A stretch of 62,950 nt of DNA, the filler included, from Octopus bimaculoides (lineage: Eukaryota): the NCBI RefSeq assembly GCF_001194135.2. It is 5 parts of 5 records of this genome, joined end to end, with 100 filler letters (N's around TTAATTAATTAA, not from the genome) between each part and the next. Parts side by side here need not be neighbours in the genome. Positions count along the whole stretch, not along the records: positions 1 to 17,192 come from NC_068982.1; positions 17,293 to 24,886 come from NW_026424041.1; 3 more parts are not named here. The stretch is one strand, 5' to 3'. The notes under the pieces are model-generated. The model had not been told where the DNA came from. It saw only the letters and a program-made list of their open reading frames with translations, and did not search any database. Numbering within the stretch: position 1 is the stretch's first letter; each line of letters opens with the position of its first letter. A program made the translations under genes and the position numbers. Positions 11,037-22,870 of this stretch are shown here, in pieces.

Positions 11037-14000
11037 TATAATTTTAGATAGATCTCTAATAAGCTGTAGTTTTTTAACAACAGTGAAATCGATAGTAAAA
11101 TAAAATACGTAGTTTCTTTCTTTACATCTTTTTTTTATCATTTTCAAGAAAGTTTAGAGTTATTTTTCTTAAACAGCAATAATTGAAAGATGCTTTCGTG
11201 TTAGACTCTGTATAACCTATTAAAAGAATGACGCCAAGAAATTCGTTTATGCATGTAACAATTGTAAAGGTGTTGAATTATCTGTTAATTGAACTAACTT
11301 TTCATCAACGTGTTGAAATAAACATGTCTGAAACAGTATCAAAAGTACTGATTAGTTCAGACCTCACAGTGACCCGTACTATTTAATTTTAATTTCATCG
11401 ACTTTCTGTTGGTCATTTTATGAGTTTTGTTTTCTTTTAGTTGTCTCAATTAATAACTTCACTGGCTGTTTTAATCGTATTCTAGTAGTCTGTCACCTCT
11501 TTAATATAATTCATACTATAAATGTCAAACAGAGGGGTATAAAAACTTGAGTGTCTAACTAGCCGGGAGTTGCCTTGAACACAGTTCGATTCCATTTTGA
11601 AAATGCTTTCATCGGTTAGACAACATCTCTGACAACTCAAATGGAAAGATCTTCACGTGGTCTTTTGACCAGTTAGAAACAGCAGTCAAATCTCTCATAC
11701 TATATACAGTACTACCGTGTTAGACCCTTTTTCCTATCCTGATTATGACATGTGATACACAAGGCATATTTCTCTGGCGTCCGTCTTTCCTATAGGATAC
11801 ACATTCCTAATATTTTTCAACCATGAGAGTAACTTGGGACGTATGAACGGAAGGCTTTATATTATTCAGAATATACGAAACAAAGGCGAATCTAAAAGTC
11901 TGAAAAGAACAGGGACGTTTAGGACCAACTTATTAACATACTTTGAACAGGCAAAAGTTAAAAAAAAAACGAAGGACGCATTGGATAATGCAGCCGTTAG
12001 TTCTATCCCGCCTTTAGTTCTATTTTAATATCACAAAGTAACTAATCGAATTTCCAGGTGCTGTCCCTAAGCTACTGGCTTCGAGCATGCCTTACATCTC
12101 TCTGGTGTGTGACAACATCATATATTCAGTTTTGTTTAAGGCAACATGATAATCAACTATGTTATATCTGTTTTGAAGCAAAGACCAGCATTTTGATATT
12201 TGAAACATAATGTAGGTTTGTTGTATTTGTGAAAATGTTCGTTTTTCAGAATTCAGTACAGGTAATAAGATTAACTTTCGTAGAATGACAGCCTGGTAAG
12301 TCCACAATATTTTGTTTGTATGGTAATTTAAGTTGCAGGTGTTATTGTTTAACTCCAGATCAACCTTGATCGAGTAGACCAACGATAAAAGAAAACGTTC
12401 CAGCTGTGACTATCCTGTTTTGTTTTCAAGGATCCTGTACCCAGGATCACTTAATAAAGATGATAGGGTATGATTATGCTATTGCTAGCAAACTGGATGA
12501 CCACACAGTGGCAACCATGTTGGTTCGTGGCATTACAGTAGTTTACCGGATCGTTAAATTTAGAAAAACAAAGAGAGTAGCTTACACGTATTCGTTCAAT
12601 CATTCCTTAAATTACCATATTCTAAGAGTTAAGCCTTTCTACAATATTCTTTGAACAATATTACTCTGACAATAAAGTCGACTCTGTGACGAAGTTCAAA
12701 ACGACCTACCAGATACCTTATTATTAGAATTTGTCCTACAGATAATTTCGCGATTCCCACCTGGGGTAATTTTATTTTTCTACTTTGAAGTCACCAAAAC
12801 TCTTCAGAAATGCGTGGACATCGCATCATTTCCACTTCTCCCCTTCTTCTCTTTAAGTATTAGGCAATGTGCTTTCGTTATAAATCAGTGCGATATATTT
12901 TTTATCGCAACAAGCAAAACGGCTACAAGGTTCCAAACAGGATAGCCAGTATCACTAAAGAATGAGCTAGAAAAATTTATCCCCGTAAGGTCGAGCAGAG
13001 GTGGCGAATGCTTACATGGCTTCCCTTGCTCCATTTCATATTTGACCAGGCTGAAGCATTTACTTTTCCGCTTCCTGTTGAAAGGATGCGCTCCACTGAT
13101 CAGGCAGTCCACCTATTGCTAGCGCCCTCTGGGAAGTGGGCTTGACATGCCATGGCAGCTAATACGCAGACATGCACTGTGGCTATGCCACTTACAGATT
13201 TTCCTGATCGGTGAGCCGGCCGGTTTTCTGCTGGTCGCTAAATGATATTTACACATTTGATTCCCAATTTGTGTAATTTTTCTCATAGGTTACGTTTAAT
13301 TTTCCTTTGTATCCTTTGTCCGTCAAATAGTATTGACTTGCTCGGTTAAAAAAATTTATAACACCAAGCACTCAAAGACAGCGTTAGAATCTATGAAGAA
13401 ATCAGGTGTTATGTTGACATAACTTAGCCAGGTAAGAGAATTTAGTTTATCTTCAACAACACCCAAGAAATATGAAAGAATACTGGAATCGACATAATTC
13501 AGCTGATGTTGGATTAAAGTTATAACTTGGAGAAATTTTTTTATTGCTTTGTCTGTAGAATGTAGTACTCCAAATATTTGGACAACCTTTATATTCCCTG
13601 ATGATGTTTAAACAGAGATGTTAAAACCACGCAATCTATGTTATGTTGTAGTGAATAAAAAAATTAGTTTTCTGATTGAAGTGAAATCCTCAATAATGAA
13701 ATAATTTTGAAAACCACATTCTGATAAAAAAAAAATACATACTAAAATTGGAATTTATAAGAATTTTCTAGACAGTATAGACTTTAAAAATTACTTTTTT
13801 TCTTAATACAAATTACACCCTCGAAGCAGCTTCCTATGATATAGTATAGATAACATTGATTGTGGTGATGTTGTTGACTATATTCGAGAGTGTTTAGTCA
13901 ATCACATCGAATCGAATACCTATTTCATTCCGGTACTTATTTTATCGATTATTAGTAACCGAATAGCTAAGTCACATTGTAGCATAAAGAGATGCTACTT

Positions 14001-14637
14001 AATCCATTGCTTTACAACAGTACATACAAACACAAACAAACACATACCGGTGAAAAGCAATGCATCGAGTTGCATCACTTTTCACCAAAAGTTTAGCTAG
14101 TCGATAAATAAAGATCGATAAAACTACTGTTTCAGCCATGTGGTTCCAGATTCGATCACATTGCGTAGTTTCTGCCTTGCAAATTCTACTCACAAGGTAT
14201 TGGTCACTGTGCAGTGCACTCGAAATGAAGAGCAAACTTCTTAATCACATGGCTATGCACGAATCTAATGCAAACATTTTAAAACCAAAAGGATCAAATT
14301 ATTCAAAATAACTACTTAATTGTTTATGATTATCTACAAAAATCATTGCTCATACTCGCAACTCTTAAAAGGAATATTTACATAACCCGCTACTGTTATC
14401 CCTGTCTGATACCCTGTCAACACAATTATTCTAAATTTTATTAATCTTGAATACTAATATTAAATTATTATCCCATAAAAATAAATTGAATCTACCAAAG
14501 AACTCAGCAAAAACTTTAGTAAAGTTTTTCATTTCTTTCTACATATTAATGAATGATAAGGCATAAAAAATCCACACGCCTACAGGAATTCTTCTGCATA
14601 AAAATGTATGTCATTTCTACGCACTCATGGATTCAGG

Positions 14638-14687
<50 letters not shown>

Positions 14688-14694
14688 CATTATT

Positions 14695-14762
<68 letters not shown>

Positions 14763-15079
14763 TATTGTCATTAAAGTGCCAGATGGCAGAATCGTTAGCA
14801 CACCGAGCGGAATACTTAGTGACATTTCGTCCGTCTTTACGTTCAAGCTGGCCGCCTACACTTTTTTCTGCAAAATAGGGGTAGTTTATCCTGTTCAGGC
14901 TATATCATTAGCATTATCCTGCGTTTGAGAATTTTAAAATCACTTCTTTAACTTTCTAAGACATCTCAACGCTTCTAAAAGCAAACTTCGGTTGTTTATT
15001 TACGTTTATTGTAATTTGAATTTATCATCATCATCATCATCACCATTATCATCACCATCATCATCAACATCATCATTAT

Positions 15080-15300
15080 TGCAAAGGCGGCGGTGAGCTG
15101 GCAGAATCGTTAGCACGCTGGACGAAATGCTTAGCCGTATTTCGTCTGCCCCTACGTTCTAAATTCAAATTCCGCCGAGGTCGACTTTGCCTGTCATCCT
15201 TTCGGAGTAGATAAATTAGGTACCAGTAAAACACTGGGGTCGATGTAATCGACTAGCCCTGTCCTCACAAATTTGAGGTCTTGTGCCTCCAGTAGAAAGG

Positions 15301-15392
<92 letters not shown>

Positions 15393-15590
15393 CATTATTA
15401 TTAAAGTGCCGAGCTAGCAGAATCGTTACCACGCCGAAGGGAATGTTTAGCAGCATTTCGTCTGTCTTTACGTTCTGAGTTCAAAATTCGCCGAGGTCGA
15501 CTTTGTCTTTCATCCTTTCAGGGTCGATAATTTAAGTACCAGTGGAACACTGGGGTCGATGTAATCGACTAGTCCCCTCCCCTAAAACTT
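15080..15590 (+). mobile_element. Two SINE family B copies separated by (ATT)n
   Basis: ~15080-15300 and ~15405-15590. Confidence 0.88.
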
Positions 15591-15599
15591 CAGAAACTA

Positions 15600-16500
15600 T
15601 CATCATTATTATTATTATTATTTTTATTATTATTATTATTTTATGTTTGACTTTTGTTTTGCATTTGTACAAGTTGGATCCAAGTCTCACCCAGAGACCT
15701 CAAGAGACAACAAGTTAGAAGTTCNNNNNNNNNNNNNNNNNNNNNNNNNNNNNNNNNNNNNNNNNNNNNNNNNNNNNNNNNNNNNNNNNNNNNNNNNNNN
15801 NNNNNNNNNNNNNNNNNNNNNNNNNNNNNNNNNNNNNNNNNNNNNNNNNNNNNNNNNNNNNNNNNNNNNNNNNNNNNNNNNNNNNNNNNNNNNNNNNNNN
15901 NNNNNNNNNNNNNNNNNNNNNNNNNNNNNNNNNNNNNNNNNNNNNNNNNNNNNNNNNNNNNNNNNNNNNNNNNNNNNNNNNNNNNNNNNNNNNNNNNNNN
16001 NNNNNNNNNNNNNNNNNNNNNNNNNNNNNNNNNNNNNNNNNNNNNNNNNNNNNNNNNNNNNNNNNNNNNNNNNNNNNNNNNNNNNNNNNNNNNNNNNNNN
16101 NNNNNNNNNNNNNNNNNNNNNNNNNNNNNNNNNNNNNNNNNNNNNNNNNNNNNNNNNNNNNNNNNNNNNNNNNNNNNNNNNNNNNNNNNNNNNNNNNNNN
16201 NNNNNNNNNNNNNNNNNNNNNNNNNNNNNNNNNNNNNNNNNNNNNNNNNNNNNNNNNNNNNNNNNNNNNNNNNNNNNNNNNNNNNNNNNNNNNNNNNNNN
16301 NNNNNNNNNNNNNNNNNNNNNNNNNNNNNNNNNNNNNNNNNNNNNNNNNNNNNNNNNNNNNNNNNNNNNNNNNNNNNNNNNNNNNNNNNNNAGAGGAGTG
16401 CAATGTGATCATTTTCAAGTACTGGGGGTGGTTTGTGTTCCCACCAGTTTTTATCATGGGGCAAGTCCAGGTTTTTGCATATTACTCAGTGAATATATTG
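15600..16500 (-). mobile_element. RLE-type (R4/Dong-like) non-LTR retrotransposon 3' part, interrupted by a gap
   Basis: PHDKNWWEHKPPPVLENDHIALL (the segment preceding WDF..PD in RLE LINEs) right of the gap. Putative 3' UTR ending in (TAA)n left of the gap. Confidence 0.65.
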
Positions 16501-16509
16501 TGCAGCTCT

Positions 16510-16648
16510 ATCATGCTGGCAGAATTAAGCTGGCAGCATCGAGCTGGCAGAATCGAACTGCCAGAATTAAATGTCGAGCTGGCTTTACTTCCGGTTCTTT
16601 ACATTCTGAATTGAAACTCCACCGAGGTCGACTTTGTTTTACATCCTT
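16510..16648 (+). mobile_element. Truncated SINE family B with a tandemised GAGCTGGCAGAAT head
   Basis: About five variant head repeats followed by CCGAGGTCGACTTTG. Confidence 0.65.
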
Positions 16649-16877
16649 GATGAGCTTTTAGATGACTTTTAAGACCAGCTGCTGACTGACAGGGTTTAAA
16701 ACACAAGTGACAGATATTATTCAAATTTATTCTATATCTTTGCCCTTTGGAATCTGATTCTGAAGGGATGTCTTTGTGAACTAGCAAATGTCTTTTAAGT
16801 CCAGCTATTGTCTTACAACTTTTGTGACATATGACACAAGTCATAAGAGGCGGTTTGTGTTCAAGATTATTATCTAC
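16640..16877 (-). CDS. Two tandem C2H2 zinc fingers (host exon or retroelement-derived fragment)
   Basis: CVICHKSCKTIAGLKRHLLVH and CHLCFKPCQSAAGLKSHLKAH, both C-x2-C-x12-H-x3-H, with no TGEKP linker. Possible acceptor cag at 16878; 3' side runs into a SINE. Confidence 0.55.
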
Positions 16878-17139
16878 CTGGGCATTTTGATTTTATACAC
16901 ACAGCCCTAAAGAAAATTACACACCCTTTTTTTTAAATAAAGACATTCAACATATCCAACTGAAATACTACACAAGTACATAGCATAAGATGAATTTACT
17001 TAAATAAATGAAAATAATACAAAAAAAAAACTAAAAACAACTACTATCCCCATTTACAATTGCATGGAATACCACACCATATACAATATACAATCAATGA
17101 AATAACACAAGTACAAGACCACCCACGTTTATCAACGGA

Positions 17140-17192
<53 letters not shown>

Positions 17193-17236
17193 NNNNNNNN
17201 NNNNNNNNNNNNNNNNNNNNNNNNNNNNNNNNNNNN

Positions 17237-17248
17237 TTAATTAATTAA
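17237..17248. other. Artificial assembly linker TTAATTAATTAA (44 N each side)
   Basis: Identical 100-bp construct occurs four times. Confidence 0.97.
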
Positions 17249-17992
17249 NNNNNNNNNNNNNNNNNNNNNNNNNNNNNNNNNNNNNNNNNNNNCTATATGC
17301 TAGAAATAGATGCTGAATCATCTAACCACAAAGAATATGTTCTCAGTAAAAATTTAGCGACACAACAGACTGTAAAAGGGCAAGACAAATGAAAAAATAC
17401 TAAATAATAAAAAAAAGACGATTAACCTACGTACCATGGTTTCACCTGTTAATATTTACATAAGTAATTATCTGCAGGATCATCAGCGTAGTCTGTCAAT
17501 TTATAAAATATAATTTCCAGAACTAGACACAGGACGTCCACCCGACATATATATGCATATATGTGTATGTGTGTGTATGCGCGTGCGTGTGTGATTTTCT
17601 TTCTCTCCCTCTCTCTTTCTCTATCTTTATCTACAACAACACCCCCCCCACTCCGTATAAGTGTCTGGGGTTTGCTTGTTCATGGAAGTGCTATGTACAA
17701 CAAGGGTGAATCGTTTGAGCGTTTAAGCCTCCCAGTCTACCACAGAACCCTCAAGACACAAACCCACATAGTACAGTTATAGAATGAGACATCCGTCCTA
17801 TTTGTGCAGATGTGTAAATGTGTGGCAACCCTTCTACTCAGTTTTTAGAAATAAATATAAATATTTTCCCTTCTCTACCTCTGCCTAGTCATAGATTTGA
17901 ATGCAAATCCAGCAGAAACAAACTCCCAGAATTATAACACGCGTTTTATACATGCATCCATACACGTGCAGACATAAGTACACAGGTCATAT

Positions 17993-20261
17993 ACAAAACA
18001 TGTGGGTAAGGCAAAAGCCCCCTAGGACGAAATCCCTACGGAAAAAAGCCCAATAGTCAAAGTGTGAAAGTGGACAAAAGCCCCATAGTTAGAGCGTGAA
18101 AGTGGACAAAAGCCCCACGGTTATATGTTTCCATTATTTTTCAGTTTTAATCACCTCTTTCGGATCTAGTTTAAAACGGGGGCACCAGTATTTTCTTAAC
18201 GAAACACCAACGAAACACTTTGAAACTTGGGACACTGGTAGAATGTGTCATATAAAGCATCTTTTACTCTTAGTCTTCTTAACAAAAAAAAAAGGAATTC
18301 GCAAGTTATTCCATGTTAAAGTTGTCGTATTTCTGTAATTTCAACCAATCACTGACGTCTATTCAGCTGAATAGAGTTACTGCTGGGCGGTCATAAAAAT
18401 GTTATTCCCTGTGACATATTTCATCCGGTTTAATCGTAATTTATACACATATATTGTTTATATAATAAATTACGCTGTGCGTATCTATGTGTGTAACAAT
18501 TTTAGAGTTCGGATTCTAGAGTTAGGGTTAGGGTTAACAGTCTCGTTAGGGTTAGGGGATTAATACGATATACACCGTTACAGCGCTAACTGTTTTCAAC
18601 TCAATAAACGTCAGTGATTAGTAGAAATTATCCAAATAAGACAATTTTTTACATGAAATAAATTCGAATACAAAAATATTTTTCTGTTCTATAACACAAA
18701 GTAGATAAGTATACGAAGTTTGAAAGTCTTTCGGTACCAAAGACACTACATAAAACATAAATGAAAACTGGTGCCCCCGTTTTAAACTAGATCCCCTTTT
18801 TCTTGTTTCAGTCATTAGACTGCGGCCATGCTTGGGCATCGCCTTGAAGGAATTTTTGTTGAATGTATTGACCCCAGAATTTTTTTCCCCGTTTTACTTT
18901 TACAGTTATTAGACTGCGGCCATGCTGGGGCACCACCTTGAAGAATTTTTAGTTAAATGTAACAACTCCAGAATTGTTTTAAATGATTTTCAACCAGCGC
19001 ATGAAGTTAAGCCTAGAAGGTGTCTCCACATGCTAGAAACAACAGCCAAATCTCTTGAATTTTTTTTTATAAATCCTTCGGTCTTTTTTATTTTCCAAAA
19101 ATCATTTTAATTGTTTCAGTCGTTACACTGTGGCCATGCTGGGGCACCAGCTTGAAGAATTTTTGGTCGCAGAAAAATCACCATCTTAAAATATACTTTG
19201 AAAGTCTTTTTTTCGCTCAGCACTTTCGGATTAATGAGAATAAGTTGACCTTTTGAACATTTTAAGGCCGTTGAAGGTCTAGCAGAAGGCTAGTCATTCA
19301 AAAGTACTTCTTATCGTTTCCCTAAATATGGAAATGTGTGTTTCTCCATAAAAATGACAAATTCTGGTTTTCGTGAAGAAAAAACATGTCAGAGACATGT
19401 GTAATATTTACTTTCATTCTATCTGTGTATATATAGTCATTCAAACTTACTTCTCATCGCATTTCTTGAAGTAAATGCTTTCCCTTTTGCTAGAATTCAG
19501 ACAATATGTACATTGAATAGTAGACGGTCTCATGTTCTGTTATTTCTTACAACCGCGATTTCCGTTTTTGTTTACGTGAAATTATAAAAAAGAAAATTGT
19601 TAGATTTTGTTGTTATTTCTAGCATGTGGAAGGACCTTCTAGGCTTAACTTTAATGTGCTGTTTGAAACTCACCTAAAAAAGATTCTGGGGTCGATAAAT
19701 TCGACTAGAAATTCTTTAAGGTGGTGCCCCAGCATGGCCGCAGTCCAGTAACTGAATCGAGTAAAAAGATTTTTAGAAAATATAACAACAAAACAAAGAA
19801 TCACCATAAAAAAATATTCCCAGAGGTGGGGCGGTTAATTTAAGAGATTTGGCTGTTATTTCTAGCATGCAGAGAGACCGTCTAGCCTTAATTTCCGGTG
19901 CTGGTTGAAAATCATCTAAAAAAAAAGGGTATCCAAGAAAATTCTGGGGTCGATGCAAGCGACTAAAAATACCTTAAGGTGGCGCCCCAGTATGGCCGCA
20001 GTCTAATGACTGCAACAAGTAAAAAGTCAAACAAAAATTAATTATGTTACAGAAGTGGTTTTGATCAAGCTTCAAAAATATTCTGTGCCCCAGCATGGCC
20101 GGTCGCTGTCTAGTAACTGCAAAGAGTAAAATAAAAATAAAAAGAAATTCTCCGGTCGAAACATTCAACCAAAGTTTCTAAAAACGACAAAAAACCAAAA
20201 AATATAACCGTGGGGCTTTTGTCTGAGGGTTTTTTTTCCTCTCTGTCCACAAAACATGTGG
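17993..20261. mobile_element. About 2.25-kb non-autonomous foldback DNA element with nested insertions
   Basis: 13-bp direct repeat ACAAAACATGTGG at 17993-18005 and 20249-20261. Perfect 22-bp inverted pair at 18105-18126 and 20202-20223. Tandem GACAAAAGCCCC motifs near the left end. Confidence 0.65.
18162..18794. mobile_element. 633-bp MITE
   Basis: Perfect 28-bp TIRs GGATCTAGTTTAAAACGGGGGCACCAGT (18162-18189 and 18767-18794). Inner imperfect inverted pair (~18336-18362 and ~18602-18630) and internal TTAGGG repeats. Confidence 0.9.
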
Positions 20262-21579
20262 ACGTCTTTCTGCTTGTGGTCATATATGTATGTATCTATG
20301 ATGTATGTATAACAAGGTAGAATGAGGAGAACATTTTAGGCTTCTATTCTAGGACTCAACCAAGTAGAAATACACACATCAGTTTATATTATATATCCGT
20401 ACTTGTTTCACTCATTGGTCTGCGGTCATCCGGGGACGCTACATTGAAGGGCTTTATAAATGTAATTTAACTGCTATTTTTAGCGTACTTTATGTATGTT
20501 TGTCTCACCGTCTTCATTTCCAGCCTTTATTTAATTACGTTTATGAAATGCCAATTAAAAGTCATATACAAACAAGTATTGAAATTTAAGATGCAAACCT
20601 GACCTTGTAGAAATAGTAGCTTAATCTGCCTCAAATTACTGTAATCTGTCTGTCTGTCATTTTCCATCTCTTTCGCCTCATGAACACATTTAATGGTCCA
20701 TTGCTGGGATTTAAGCTCAAATTTTGAACTGTCCATAATTTAAAATGTGATTTCAAAAAAAAGAATATTAAATCTTCTTCTTGAGCTTTTATAACCAAAT
20801 CTTTTTAAATCTGGAAGAATTAAGAAACAGAATTTTCATAGTCGTATGAATTCTTGTGTGAAGGAGGCAAATTAGCGAAAATCTTGGGAATAATCCAAAG
20901 AAACAAAAAGTTACAAGGGGTTATATGGGGGTGCTTAAAGCAGAATTTCGTCAGAGAGAAAATATGTATGAATGTTTAATGGACAATAGACCTGCTGTAA
21001 GAAATAGCAGCCAAATCTGAATCGCAGGTCTCTCTCTCTCTTTCTCTATTTATCTATCTAGCTAGCTGTCTGTCTGTCTGTCTGCCTATTCTAGTTTTTC
21101 TTCTCAGCATTTTGGATGAGAAACCTTCCTTGGAATCTTCATCTCGATTGACATTCGGTCGCAGGGTACCTACGGAGACTTCTGCTTTCTACCATACACA
21201 TATGTAATTATTCTTTGTCTATTGGCAGAAGGCCTGAAAATATAACCGAGGTAGCTAATCGATCACTTGATTGGTATTTAATTTATCCACCCTGCAACAA
21301 TGGAAGGCAAAATCGACTTGGGCAGAAATTGAGCTCACTATCTCAACACCGACGACATTCTATTAAGCACTTTCTCATGTGTGAGAACGATTCTGCCACC
21401 TCCACTGGCTCCTCTGTCTGTCAGTCAGTCAATCCATCCGTCCATCCAATCACACACCCACCTACCCACACACAACACTCGTTCTGCTGGCATCCAGTCG
21501 CATTTCCCCCCAATATAGAGTACTGCATAGCAATTCTGGCCCTCTCCTCATCATGCTCGACTACTTAACCACTCTTTCT

Positions 21580-21800
21580 GATTATGGATCTATCGAAAGA
21601 AGACCCGATCCAATGGGATTCAATTGGATCTTCCTGCTCTCATGGACATAACGAACCACAACAAATATCATGAATGAGGAACATTCTTCCACAGTCTAAT
21701 CTGTGTCTCCCTGATGATGGGATACTCAGCCTATAGAGTCTTCACTCAATACCGCAATCCAATAGCTGGGATGTCCCAGAAATAGCTGCCAGAGACCATC
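21580..21800 (+). mobile_element. Penelope-like element 3' end (GIY-YIG C-terminus plus pLTR with decayed hammerhead)
   Basis: LWIYRKKTRSNGIQLDLP resembles the PLE WI..LKT..PNGLN motif. It is followed by a CTGATGA..GAAA hammerhead-like core. Confidence 0.55.
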
Positions 21801-21918
21801 GTTACAAGTGTTGTATTATTTCACCATTTGTTATGTACCTAAATTTTGGGACTAAGTAAAACGAAATCAAATGCTTTAGTCTTGCCTTGACTAATTGTTT
21901 GCCTTTCCTCTCTCGTGT

Positions 21919-21952
<34 letters not shown>

Positions 21953-22831
21953 NNNNNNNNNNNNNNNNNNNNNNNNNNNNNNNNNNNNNNNNNNNNNNNN
22001 NNNNNNNNNNNNNNNNNNNNNNNNNNNNNNNNNNNNNNNNNNNNNNNNNNNNNNNNNNNNNNNNNNNNNNNNNNNNNNNNNNNNNNNNNNNNNNNNNNNN
22101 NNNNNNNNNNNNNNNNNNNNNNNNNNNNNNNNNNNNNNNNNNNNNNNNNNNNNNNNNNNNNNNNNNNNNNNNNNNNNNNNNNNNNNNNNNNNNNNNNNNN
22201 NNNNNNNNNNNNNNNNNNNNNNNNNNNNNNNNNNNNNNNNNNNNNNNNNNNNNNNNNNNNNNNNNNNNNNNNNNNNNNNNNNNNNNNNNNNNNNNNNNNN
22301 NNNNNNNNNNNNNNNNNNNNNNNNNNNNNNNNNNNNNNNNNNNNNNNNNNNNNNNNNNNNNNNNNNNNNNNNNNNNNNNNNNNNNNNNNNNNNNNNNNNN
22401 NNNNNNNNNNNNNNNNNNNNNNNNNNNNNNNNNNNNNNNNNNNNNNNNNNNNNNNNNNNNNNNNNNNNNNNNNNNNNNNNNNNNNNNNNNNNNNNNNNNN
22501 NNNNNNNNNNNNNNNNNNNNNNNNNNNNNNNNNNNNNNNNNNNNNNNNNNNNNNNNNNNNNNNNNNNNNNNNNNNNNNNNNNNNNNNNNNNNNNNNNNNN
22601 NNNNNNNNNNNNNNNNNNNNNNNNNNNNNNNNNNNNNNNNNNNNNNNNNNNNNNNNNNNNNNNNNNNNNNNNNNNNNNNNNNNNNNNNNNNNNNNNNNNN
22701 NNNNNNNNNNNNNNNNNNTATACAAAAGAATAAACACATAAATGCGAAACAAGGTGGAAAAAATAGTACTTGAATAGCAGAGGTAGAGTAATATGTTTTA
22801 TTAAAAAGCAGCAAAAGAATCACAAAAACTG

Positions 22832-22870
<39 letters not shown>

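Noticed and set aside
14553-14928. Poly-His, poly-Met and poly-Ile ORFs (also at 26.6, 30.1 and 56.85 kb) suggesting reflectin- or His-rich proteins
   Set aside because: Pure (ATC)n/(ATT)n tracts with no reflectin motif or splice context.
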